DNA of 64,000 nucleotides, taken from a virus. Under the pieces are notes generated by a model that saw nothing but the letters and a program-made list of their open reading frames with translations, had not been told where the DNA came from and did not search any database. The stretch is taken from positions 630 to 64,629 of IMG/VR virus record IMGVR_UViG_3300048858_000017; one strand, 5' to 3'. The position numbers and the translations under genes are program-made. Shown here in pieces: positions 27,310 through 36,383 of this stretch. Position 1 is the stretch's first letter. Every line of letters starts with the position of its first letter.

Positions 27310-27717
27310 TCACGCCGGCGGCTTCGGGTCCTGCGGGATGCCGCCCAGCCCCTTGAACATCGAGACAACCCGGTCGCGCAGCAGATCATAGAGGACGATG
27401 CCGGAACCGCCGACGCCGATACCCCATGCGATGGCGACCCCGGGGCCGGGCTGCCGCTCGACGACTAGGCCGAAGAGGATCATGACCAGGACCCCCGTGA
27501 GGTAATGGCCTCCGGGGGGCGACCCCTCGCGCGCAGCACTTACACCGCGCGCCATCCCCAGCCCGATCATGGACAGGATCATGCTCGCGATTGGAATGTT
27601 GACGCCGAATAGCTCGACAGCCGTGGGTCCCCAGACGGGGATCGTTGCTGGCGCTACAGCGGGGAGAATAGGGGCGGCAGCGTTCGTGGCTACCCGGATG
27701 GCGCTATGGACGTCCAT
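27310..27717 (-). CDS. Holin-like membrane protein
   Basis: About three hydrophobic segments immediately upstream of the endolysin. Confidence 0.55.
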   Translation of the reverse strand: MDVHSAIRVATNAAAPILPAVAPATIPVWGPTAVELFGVNIPIASMILSMIGLGMARGVSAAREGSPPGGHYLTGVLVMILFGLVVERQPGPGVAIAWGIGVGGSGIVLYDLLRDRVVSMFKGLGGIPQDPKPPA

Positions 27718-28297
27718 GCTCGATCCAGAGCCAGTATTTGATGACAGTGACCATCGCGCTGCCGACCGCGCTGTAAATCATGAGCCGCAACGGGATCGCC
27801 GCGGATATCCACACCGGCCGCATATCGGAGAACACCATGTCGACACGGCGAAGGCTCTTGCGCCGCATGATCCCGATACTGAACAGCCAAGCGGTCCAAG
27901 CGGAAACTGACAAAGCCATGACGAAGGGGAACATCGTCAGGGCGTCGAGCAGGCGCGAGATCAGCAGGATCACCTGTGTCATGCTGAGCGTGACCTCGCC
28001 CCAGAACAGGTAGGTCAAAACATCGCTTAGGCTGCCAAGAACCGCGGACCACAGCAGGCAGACGATCACCAGCCGTTTCAGATACGTCGGGTCGTTGCTG
28101 GGCAGACATTCGATCTGATTACGGGCGCGGATGCGGAAAAGTGTCGCGCTTGCCAGCATCAGAACCAGCAGCCGTCCGAATAGCGCCCACCCGAACACGA
28201 GCGGATTGTTGTCAAAGCTGGGCGGGTAGGGGCTGTTGACGGCCACCAGCGCCTCTCCGACGGCGCTAGTGCCGGTGACGATTTCGACCGGACTCAT
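27704..28297 (-). CDS. Multi-pass membrane protein
   Basis: About four hydrophobic segments. Confidence 0.7.
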   Translation of the reverse strand: MSPVEIVTGTSAVGEALVAVNSPYPPSFDNNPLVFGWALFGRLLVLMLASATLFRIRARNQIECLPSNDPTYLKRLVIVCLLWSAVLGSLSDVLTYLFWGEVTLSMTQVILLISRLLDALTMFPFVMALSVSAWTAWLFSIGIMRRKSLRRVDMVFSDMRPVWISAAIPLRLMIYSAVGSAMVTVIKYWLWIEHGRP

Positions 28298-28785
28298 TCG
28301 CCTTCGCCCGCGCTGATGCGAGCATGTCCCGCAGTACCTTCACGCCCCACCACCCCGCCGGCAAAGCGACGATCGCGGCGGTCCACAACGGCATCACGCA
28401 CTCCCGGGAAGGCCACGCACAAGCACATGACCGAAAAGATCAGGTTCGTCACGGCACCGAAAGAGCCGAGCGGGGCTACCCCGGTTGCCAGCAGCACGAC
28501 GTAGGCAAGATCGCCCAAGGCCAGCGCGACAATCGCGATGCAGGCCCGGCATCCTGCGACCTTGAACCCGGTGCGCGCCGCATAGATCAGCGCTGCTGAC
28601 TGGAACGCCTCGAGAGTAACCCTTGACGGCAGGTCGGCACCGTATGCCGCAGCGCTGGTGGCCGCGCTACACAGCGCAAGCGTCAGACCAACCAGCGCGA
28701 CAGGACTGCGCCGCGACACCCAAGTGGCGAGGCAGGCAATCGTCAAATAGAACAGCGCGACAGCCCACCAGCCCAGCACGGCCAC
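28294..28785 (-). CDS. Multi-pass membrane protein
   Basis: About five hydrophobic segments; SD GGAGG. Confidence 0.7.
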   Translation of the reverse strand: MAVLGWWAVALFYLTIACLATWVSRRSPVALVGLTLALCSAATSAAAYGADLPSRVTLEAFQSAALIYAARTGFKVAGCRACIAIVALALGDLAYVVLLATGVAPLGSFGAVTNLIFSVMCLCVAFPGVRDAVVDRRDRRFAGGVVGREGTAGHARISAGEGE

Positions 28786-28849
28786 CTCCTAGATTTGACC
28801 GATCCCTACACGGCTCGATCGCCCCTGTCACTGTTGGCTATCAGACGGC

Positions 28850-28877
28850 AAAAGGCCGGGGCGTTTCGGCCCCGGCC
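28850..28877 (-). terminator. Rho-independent terminator
   Basis: GGCCGGGGC/GCCCCGGCC stem plus TTTT on the minus strand. Confidence 0.75.
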
Positions 28878-28899
28878 TCCGTTATGCCGTTACCCGGGC

Positions 28900-29121
28900 T
28901 TAGACCTGCTGGGGCGGGTTCTTCGGGCCGCCGCCACGCGCCTGCGGGCCGAAGTTGTCAATTTCGGCCACGTCGTCTGCCGAAAGCCCGAGGGTGTCGC
29001 GGTGCTTATAGAGGCCGCGACGCAGCTTATCATGCAGCGTGGTCAGCTGTTCGCTCGGTGCGGCTTGCTCGGCATCCGCCAGCGCGGCTGCGATACCCAG
29101 CACGTCTTCCTTCAAACTCAT
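28900..29121 (-). CDS. Small protein with Gly/Pro-rich tail
   Basis: MSLKEDV...ARGGGPKNPPQQV; SD GGAGG. Confidence 0.7.
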   Translation of the reverse strand: MSLKEDVLGIAAALADAEQAAPSEQLTTLHDKLRRGLYKHRDTLGLSADDVAEIDNFGPQARGGGPKNPPQQV

Positions 29122-29168
29122 GGAAACCTCCTGCCCGGGGAGCGCCGGGCGCGCTTTCAGTCCAGCCG

Positions 29169-31553
29169 TCAGCCGGCCAGCTGTGCCTCGATACGGGCTA
29201 AGCGGCGGCGGTAATAGGCCGCCTCGACCGCAAAAGCCTCGGTGTAGCGGATGCCCCACTGCTCGCCCGCCGCACGCACGAGCCGCCGGCCTGCCTTCCG
29301 TATAAGGACGCGCTCGGCAGGGGTTTTGACGATCGCGTTCCCATCGTCACCGCCGATAAGGTTGCCGGCTTCGTCGCGGGCGAACACCGCCTCCCGATCC
29401 TCGTACTCGTCCTCCCACTCGTCCCACTGATCGTCCCAGCGGTCATGGCAGAGCAGCCCGTAACGGGTGCCGTCAATGCCGTGCGCCTGCAGCGCGTCAC
29501 GCACCTGCTGCGCGACGACGCCGGTATGAATGCGGGCATCGTCACCCTTTTCGTCGACGGCGTCCGACATACGAAACTGGCTCCACTGCACATCTGCCCA
29601 GGCATCGAGCAGCGCGTCGTCGATCGGCCGAATATCGGACTTCTGTCGTTCGTCCGAGGTGCTGATGGTCGCATTGGCGGCATAGACCTGCGTGAAGCGG
29701 CGGGCGGCGGAACCCAGCCCGAACGTGTTATCCCCGCCGGGGAGGATCGCCGCCGACTGGAGCAACAGCGCCGTCAGCCAAGCCGCGCCGGCCGGGCTCC
29801 ACAGGTCGATCTGTGCCTCGCCGAAAGCCGCCGCAGTTGCACCGCTTCGTGCGGCGTACCGCGCCACATGATGCGGCGTCACCCCGTCTGCTTCGAACCC
29901 AACGTCGATCTGAAGGGCTGAACCTCGGCTGCTGCCGATGCTGCCGGTGTTGTGCAAGGTCGCCTGCGCACCTAGCCCGCTGACACCGCCCTGTGCGAGC
30001 AAGGTGGCACCCGTGAATCCGTTGCGACCGTAGAGACGCATCCCGGCACCAGACAGGTGGCCGCAATTTCCGGTGATCCCACCGTCGCCGCTCAACAGGC
30101 CGTTGATGATCCAGTTTTGCGTATCCACGGCAGTCAGGACGGCGAGCGGGCCGCTGCCGCCTTCGGTGTAGGGGTTGTTGATGACGTTCCGGGCCGTATT
30201 CGAGCCCAAGGCATAGCTGGCTCCGTGCAGATACGGCTTGCCGTTGACCCAATTGTCGGCCTGGGTCGTTGCGTCTCCCTTGAACCATGCGGTGCCGGTC
30301 CCCGGGGCCTGCGTCGATGCCGTCGTGGGATCGAGGCACCACCACCGGAAGCCGCCGTAGTACACCATGCCATCACGGCCGGCGTTGGCGGTCTGCGGGC
30401 TGTCGTGAACGTTGCCGAGGAAGCTGAACTCCCCGATGCAGGGGCCGCCGTGCATTGCGCCGTTCACGCCGGTTGAGCGCGAGGCGTTCATGTCGGCACC
30501 TTCCCACCATAGCGGCGATCCGGTGAGCTGCTCGGCGCGGATGACGTGCACAGTCGTACCGTTGGCGTTGCCGGCCGTAAATGGATCGGTGCTGACGGCG
30601 GTTGCTCGGCCGTAGACCGCATGGCCCATCACGCCGCGAATCCGCAGGTACTGCATGATGCCTCGGCATTTGTGCCAGATCGCGTGCTCGGTGAGGTTGG
30701 AGCCGTCGTAGGGAAGGCGGTCGCCCTGCCCCATGACAATCTCCATATTGGCGATCATGAAGCCATCCGCCGATGCCGTGCTGGCGCGGGCGAGGATGAA
30801 GGGGTTTTTGCCGGTATCGTCGGCATTGGTGTTGAAGCGGTGAAAGAACCAGCCGACGCAGCCACGATCGAAGCGGACGCGGGTGGTGTAGTTGCCGGCC
30901 TCTGCCCCGGCGCGGCCCATGATAACGACCGTCCGCAGCACGTTGATGCACTTGCTGGACCGATACTTGCCGGGGAGCCGGATGAAATTGAAGTAGTCCA
31001 CCGCCTTCTTGAGATAAACCCAATCGTCGGTACCCTTGTTCGCGCTGTTGAAGGCGTATTGCCCATCGTCGGCATAAGCACCCAGCATTTCTGGGGTGCC
31101 CTCGTCAGGAGGGATGAACCAGGACTTGGCCCCGCCGTTCGTGGTGATCCACCAGTAACCCTTGCCGGCCGGGTCGAGCGCGGGCATCGATGCGTCCCAG
31201 AGGAACATCTGATGCGCGCCCTGCCCGTTCTTGCGGAAGCCCGAGAACTGGATCACACCGACGCCGTCCGGGATCGCGGTCTGATCACCGACCAGCACGC
31301 GCGTCCCGACGGACATAACATTTCCGCCCGGATCACCCTTATTGTTGAAGGTCAGGCCGGCAGACGTGAAGGCACCGATCCAAGCCGGGGGCGGGGCATA
31401 GATGATGTCTTGAATGACGCGCTTGATAGTCCTGACCGGGCCGCCGATACGGGTCTGAACCTGACCGGGCTGCTCCGGGCCGTTGACAATCGCGGCTAGA
31501 TCGTCGGCGTCGCGGCTCGCGTTCTCCAGCTGCTGTTCCGTGATCACCGCCAT
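29169..31553 (-). CDS. Tailspike/fibre with C-terminal intramolecular chaperone (peptidase S74)
   Basis: beta-helix-like core; TISTSDERQK...HTGVVAQ...GIRY. Confidence 0.88.
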   Translation of the reverse strand: MAVITEQQLENASRDADDLAAIVNGPEQPGQVQTRIGGPVRTIKRVIQDIIYAPPPAWIGAFTSAGLTFNNKGDPGGNVMSVGTRVLVGDQTAIPDGVGVIQFSGFRKNGQGAHQMFLWDASMPALDPAGKGYWWITTNGGAKSWFIPPDEGTPEMLGAYADDGQYAFNSANKGTDDWVYLKKAVDYFNFIRLPGKYRSSKCINVLRTVVIMGRAGAEAGNYTTRVRFDRGCVGWFFHRFNTNADDTGKNPFILARASTASADGFMIANMEIVMGQGDRLPYDGSNLTEHAIWHKCRGIMQYLRIRGVMGHAVYGRATAVSTDPFTAGNANGTTVHVIRAEQLTGSPLWWEGADMNASRSTGVNGAMHGGPCIGEFSFLGNVHDSPQTANAGRDGMVYYGGFRWWCLDPTTASTQAPGTGTAWFKGDATTQADNWVNGKPYLHGASYALGSNTARNVINNPYTEGGSGPLAVLTAVDTQNWIINGLLSGDGGITGNCGHLSGAGMRLYGRNGFTGATLLAQGGVSGLGAQATLHNTGSIGSSRGSALQIDVGFEADGVTPHHVARYAARSGATAAAFGEAQIDLWSPAGAAWLTALLLQSAAILPGGDNTFGLGSAARRFTQVYAANATISTSDERQKSDIRPIDDALLDAWADVQWSQFRMSDAVDEKGDDARIHTGVVAQQVRDALQAHGIDGTRYGLLCHDRWDDQWDEWEDEYEDREAVFARDEAGNLIGGDDGNAIVKTPAERVLIRKAGRRLVRAAGEQWGIRYTEAFAVEAAYYRRRLARIEAQLAG

Positions 31554-31613
31554 GTCTTGCTCCCGTGCTTTGCCGGGAACGGCATATCCCAAGCGTTCGG
31601 GGCGGGATAGACC

Positions 31614-34600
31614 TTAGCGGGTCCCCATGTAGACCGCCTTCACCTCGTCCGGGGATAGCGCCCGCGGGTAGAACCGCAGTTCATCAAATCGACCGGCCAC
31701 ACCATCAAATGCCGCCAGCGCGCCGAGGCTACCACGCGCCACCCCAGCCGCCTCACCGACTAGGAGGCCGTCCAGATAGAGCGCCATGCGCGAGGTCTGC
31801 TCGTCGTAGGTAAGCGTCACCTGATGCCACTCACCGACCGGAGGTGCCGCGACCGAGACATGCGCCGCCCCGTGGCCGGCCGTCAGCCCTCCGGCCCCGT
31901 CGAAGCCGAACGTCTCTCCGGTAGAACCAGCTGCAAGGATGCCGCCCGACGACGTCGGGCCAGCGAGATTGAACCATGCCGATTTCGTATAGCTGGGGGT
32001 AGCGATCAGGCCTGCGAAGTCGAGACGCCCCCCGGCGGCCGACGTGTAGACCTTGTGCCCGCGCGCTACGTCATTGACGGTCGCTACGTCGCCGCTCTGC
32101 AGCGCCGAGCGCTGCCACGCGCTTTCGTCTCGGATCGCGCCGTCGATGAACGGCATCCAGACCAGCAGCTGATCGTGCTGATAGTAGAGGAAGGTGTAAT
32201 TAACCGCCCGCACCAGTTCCGTGAAGTCGCTGTTAGGCTCGCGCTCGCTGACGAGGAAGGCGCGGGTGGCGACATCGTTCGAGCGCGCGATCGAGTAGAC
32301 CGTCCGGGTCACGGCGTTCGGGTCCGTGATCAGCCCGAGGCGGGGCGGCGATGCCAGGGTGACACGGCGGGGGTCCGAGGGCTGCCCCGACGACGCGCTG
32401 ACAGCAATAGCCTGCACCGTCGCATCCGGCAGCTGCAGGAACATCGTGTAGTCGGTGTCCGGGTCCAGCACCGCGTCATCGGTCAGCGTCAGTTCGACGC
32501 CGTCCTGCTCGATCACTTCGCCGGAGAGGTGGTCGGGACGGGTCATGTCGGCGATCAGGACGCGCTGCTGGGGTAGCACCATTGCCGCCTCCTCCGTCGC
32601 CTCAAACTCGGTGGTGGTGTGCTGGTAGCGCATCTTGTTCCATGCCCTCTGCGCCTGCCACCAGCCCAGCATGTACGTCGAGATACCGGATAGCTCGACC
32701 GTGCGCGGGCTGGCCGGAGCCTTCCCGGCCGGCAGGGTGATCGTCAGCTGCGCTCCGTCTTTGGGAACGATGTAGGAGAGCTCGACGCCGTCCTGATCGT
32801 CAAGGATGCCGAACCGCGTGGTCCGCGTCTGGCTGTCAGGCAGGACGTTGCGGTGGTTGAACAGCAGCGCCGAGTCCTCGGTCGCGCGCTCGAACTCGAT
32901 CCTGATCTTCGACCCCTGACGGTATGCCTGACAGAAGCAGGCCTGCGCGATCGTCTGCAGCGTTTCCTCGAACGAGGTATTGTCGTCGTCGAATATGAAG
33001 CTGAACTCGCGCGCCAGCGTCGAGCCAAAATAGGCGGCTACCGCGTCGCTGGTGTCATAGATCAAGTCGAAGTCAACCTCGGCCGGTGTCCGGGCACCGA
33101 TGTACGGGTCAAGGGATACCCCGGCGATGATATCGGCCATGTTGTCGCTTCCGACGAGCGACTCCGAGAAGGTGCCGTCTGGGAGGCGCTGGGGCACGCG
33201 CCGGCGCGCCCGCAGATTCAGCTTCCGCTCCTTGACCGAAGTCGCGCCGGATGTGGCGTAGGTTTTCGCCATGACGGTGGTGACGTTGCCGAAGTGCGGC
33301 TGAGTGACGGCAGCCGCCCCCACCGCGTCCCGCCATTTCACGTCGTCGACCAGGGTGCCCTCATAGTCGAGGTCGGTCGGCGAGGTTCGCCGGGCGCGCA
33401 TGGTGCATGCCCCGCTGAACGTAGGCTGCCCGTCAATGGTGATGCCGACCTGATCCTTATCGGTCGCGCTACCGATCAGAGTACCCGGAAAGGTCTCTGC
33501 CGGACCACGGGGATCGTCGTTGCTATCGACCGGGGTCAGTTCGAGCAGGACGTTGACCTGCAGGGCGCTCTGCTTGCCCTTCTTGTTGATTGCGTAAAGC
33601 CCCGACAGCCCGACGAAGTTGGTGATCACCCGAGTCAGGTCCGCGAGGTCGACCTTGAACGGGCCTACCCACCGCTCCCCACTGGTCGACAGCGAGGGGC
33701 TGCCATAGGCGGTCGCGCCCCCATCAAGGCCCTGCAGATTGTCCCATGCCGCATTGATGTTCCGCGGGTTACTGAGCGTGATGGCCTTGGCCGCCACGTT
33801 CAAGACCGGATAGACGCCGGCGAGGTTGATTGCGGTAGTGGGCGTCGGAACGGAAAACTGCGACGACCTGTAGCCGGTCGCGTCGCCGTCAAGCTCATCG
33901 AGGCGATCCCAGTCGTCGTTGATGTCGCCGGGCGCCGAAAGCGTCACCGTGCGGGCGGGGCCATCAACCGAGGCGATCGGGTAGCTTCCGCCCAGATCGA
34001 CGTAGATGGTGCTGCTCAGGCCGTTGCTTTCAGCCCATCCCGCATTCGATATAGCCAGCGTCTGCCCCGCGCTGAAAACGGTGCTGGGATCGAATGACTC
34101 GAAGCGGACCACACCCCCATCCTCGAATCGGGACGCCACCTGGACGGTTGTGGTGCCCGCCCCCCCGCTGTTGCTGAAGTCAGCACCGGAGACGCTCAGC
34201 TGATCGCCATCGTCGAACAGCTTCGTGAAGTCGATATCGTTCGACTTGGTCTCGATGCGATCGGGATAGACGAACCTGATATCGTCATCCCCCCGGGCGT
34301 GGTTAGCGTTGGGCGGGCGCAGAAGCTGGCCGTTGACGCCCGACACCGGCACGATGGTCAGGAGGGGGGCACCCACCGGGCCGCCGATCCGCAGCTGGGG
34401 TTCGTCTCCGCTGTTCGGACTGGTGTTGGGGCCGTAGAACTCCACCGCCGCGCCGGCCACTTGGGACATCAGGGTATCGCCATCGCGCACGTCGCTGAGG
34501 TCATACTGCCCGCGCCCGACGCAAAGCGACGCGATCTCGACCTCCAGCCCGTTCTCGAATCGACGGTACGGCACCGACAGCAAGGATGGCACCGCCCGAA

Positions 34601-35045
34601 CCGTGCCGAAGGGGTCCTCGATGCGCTGGCCCGGGCGCGGCTTGTTCGATCGGTCGGAGAGCGACTTCGACGCGGAGGGGGTGTTATCCGGCGTCGGGGG
34701 CTTCGGCATCAGGAACAGGCCGATAGCGACCGCGGCGAGGGTCACCGCAACGGTGATAGCCGCCGTCAGGGGATCGGCCGGGGGAACGGTCACGAGCAGC
34801 GGCCCAGCTGCGCGCTCCAAGCGGCTGGTATCGCCGTCAGCCGGGGTCACGTCGCGCGCGGCGAGGGACTGGGACGCGATCAGGGCCGGTGCCCGGTCGA
34901 TATCGCCGATGCCGTCCAGGTCGTAGATGCGGCCGGTGCTGGGCCACGTCGGGAACGCCTCGCGCAGCGTCCGCGCCAGATCATCGGTGTCGTAGCGCTG
35001 CCACGTTCCCGGCTCCATCGGGTTATGCACGACGAGGACGATCAT
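31614..35045 (-). CDS. Tail tip/host-specificity protein (J-like) with C-terminal LamG-like domain
   Basis: PGQRIEDPFGTVRAVPSL; late position; SYTKSAWF...WHQVTLTYD...LYLDG...FDELRFY. Confidence 0.85.
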   Translation of the reverse strand: MIVLVVHNPMEPGTWQRYDTDDLARTLREAFPTWPSTGRIYDLDGIGDIDRAPALIASQSLAARDVTPADGDTSRLERAAGPLLVTVPPADPLTAAITVAVTLAAVAIGLFLMPKPPTPDNTPSASKSLSDRSNKPRPGQRIEDPFGTVRAVPSLLSVPYRRFENGLEVEIASLCVGRGQYDLSDVRDGDTLMSQVAGAAVEFYGPNTSPNSGDEPQLRIGGPVGAPLLTIVPVSGVNGQLLRPPNANHARGDDDIRFVYPDRIETKSNDIDFTKLFDDGDQLSVSGADFSNSGGAGTTTVQVASRFEDGGVVRFESFDPSTVFSAGQTLAISNAGWAESNGLSSTIYVDLGGSYPIASVDGPARTVTLSAPGDINDDWDRLDELDGDATGYRSSQFSVPTPTTAINLAGVYPVLNVAAKAITLSNPRNINAAWDNLQGLDGGATAYGSPSLSTSGERWVGPFKVDLADLTRVITNFVGLSGLYAINKKGKQSALQVNVLLELTPVDSNDDPRGPAETFPGTLIGSATDKDQVGITIDGQPTFSGACTMRARRTSPTDLDYEGTLVDDVKWRDAVGAAAVTQPHFGNVTTVMAKTYATSGATSVKERKLNLRARRRVPQRLPDGTFSESLVGSDNMADIIAGVSLDPYIGARTPAEVDFDLIYDTSDAVAAYFGSTLAREFSFIFDDDNTSFEETLQTIAQACFCQAYRQGSKIRIEFERATEDSALLFNHRNVLPDSQTRTTRFGILDDQDGVELSYIVPKDGAQLTITLPAGKAPASPRTVELSGISTYMLGWWQAQRAWNKMRYQHTTTEFEATEEAAMVLPQQRVLIADMTRPDHLSGEVIEQDGVELTLTDDAVLDPDTDYTMFLQLPDATVQAIAVSASSGQPSDPRRVTLASPPRLGLITDPNAVTRTVYSIARSNDVATRAFLVSEREPNSDFTELVRAVNYTFLYYQHDQLLVWMPFIDGAIRDESAWQRSALQSGDVATVNDVARGHKVYTSAAGGRLDFAGLIATPSYTKSAWFNLAGPTSSGGILAAGSTGETFGFDGAGGLTAGHGAAHVSVAAPPVGEWHQVTLTYDEQTSRMALYLDGLLVGEAAGVARGSLGALAAFDGVAGRFDELRFYPRALSPDEVKAVYMGTR

Positions 35046-35386
35046 CTGTAGAACTCCACCTTGTCCCAGCCCGCTCGGGCCGTCGGCAGCGGCAGGAAGG
35101 TGTATCGCCCCCCCCACAGCTGCAACACCTTGCCGCGCACAAAAACGCCGACGTGCGGCACCGCCCCGGGCGACTGCATCAGCACGATAGACGGGTCAAC
35201 TGGCCCACGCTGACGGGTGAAGCCGGGCACGTCGGATGCGAAGCGACCGATCAGCGCCTCCTTTGCCATGCGCTCCGGGGTGCGGTCGCCGAGATCAATG
35301 CCGGTCAGTTCCAACCAGATAGCCTGCACGGCCTGCCAGCAGTTCTCGCCGCGGGGCTGCTTGGTCAGCCACGCGTCGATGTTCAC
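35042..35386 (-). CDS. Tail assembly protein (NlpC/P60-like)
   Basis: NCW...HVGVF dyad. Confidence 0.75.
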   Translation of the reverse strand: MNIDAWLTKQPRGENCWQAVQAIWLELTGIDLGDRTPERMAKEALIGRFASDVPGFTRQRGPVDPSIVLMQSPGAVPHVGVFVRGKVLQLWGGRYTFLPLPTARAGWDKVEFYR

Positions 35387-35904
35387 TTCAGGAACCCGCG
35401 CAGCATCGGAAAGCGCTCGACGGTGTAGCGCTCGCCGGTCTTGGTGGTGTTGAGGGTCGGCGCCCGGGCATCAATTGACGAAACCGTTCCGTCGCTATTG
35501 ATGCTCGGCGCTTCCAGCAGGATCGGCCCGAGGATCGGAGATGTGAGGTTGTCCGAACGGAACACGTAATAGCGCACCGCCGGCTTGGTCATGAACCCAC
35601 CAGCCGCAGCGACCGCATCAATCTCGTTCGGCAGCACGTCCCCGACATCGCCGAGGTCGATCGTGATCTGATAGTCCAGGTCGTCGCGCGCGCCGCGGCC
35701 GGAGAAGCGGGCCGGCCAGTACTCGAAGCGGACCTCCGGCTGGTCCGGCGACAGGGCAACGGTCACGCCATCGGGATCGAGAGGGTCAACGGTGTTGCGA
35801 ACAATGCGATAGGGCCGGGTGAAGTCGGGGTGGGTGATCTCCACCATCTCAAGCCCGGCAACATCGCGACTGCTCGCAAAGAAATAGTCGGCAAGGTCGG
35901 CCAT
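35383..35904 (-). CDS. Minor tail protein (L/DUF1833-like)
   Basis: LEMVEITHPDF; position in the tail module. Confidence 0.75.
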   Translation of the reverse strand: MADLADYFFASSRDVAGLEMVEITHPDFTRPYRIVRNTVDPLDPDGVTVALSPDQPEVRFEYWPARFSGRGARDDLDYQITIDLGDVGDVLPNEIDAVAAAGGFMTKPAVRYYVFRSDNLTSPILGPILLEAPSINSDGTVSSIDARAPTLNTTKTGERYTVERFPMLRGFLK

Positions 35905-36383
35905 CAGCCGGTTCTCGCCAGATCGTCGTTGACCAACTTCGCCAGCAGGTCAAACACCATCGGACCCCTCTCCCCATAGTTGTTGTAGGCAAACACGATC
36001 CCGGCGTCCGCCACCGCGTTGACAGGCTGAAGCACCACCTCGACCTGCGCCTTGGCCGTGTAGCGCATGCCCTGAACCCCGGACAGCCCGAAGCTGCCCG
36101 GCAGAAGATGGACCTCATACTCCTGAACGAGCGCGTCGTCGAAGATCAGGTCGCACATGAAATGCAGCGACCCCCGAACCAGCGTCGTGCGGACGAAGGC
36201 CTGCAGGTACTGCCACTGGACCGGTCCCAGAACCCACTGCACGCTCGCGATAGCGGGGGCATTGGCATCATCGAGGCGGAACCGCGACCGCCCGCCCCCC
36301 AGCTGGGCCTGACGGAACGTCGCGCCTTGGGCGACCCCATAGCCGGCCTGTGCCGGCGGCAGCTGTAGCTTCGGCAGTGCCAT
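35904..36383 (-). CDS. Distal tail protein (M-like)
   Basis: Follows the tape measure gene. Confidence 0.7.
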   Translation of the reverse strand: MALPKLQLPPAQAGYGVAQGATFRQAQLGGGRSRFRLDDANAPAIASVQWVLGPVQWQYLQAFVRTTLVRGSLHFMCDLIFDDALVQEYEVHLLPGSFGLSGVQGMRYTAKAQVEVVLQPVNAVADAGIVFAYNNYGERGPMVFDLLAKLVNDDLARTG

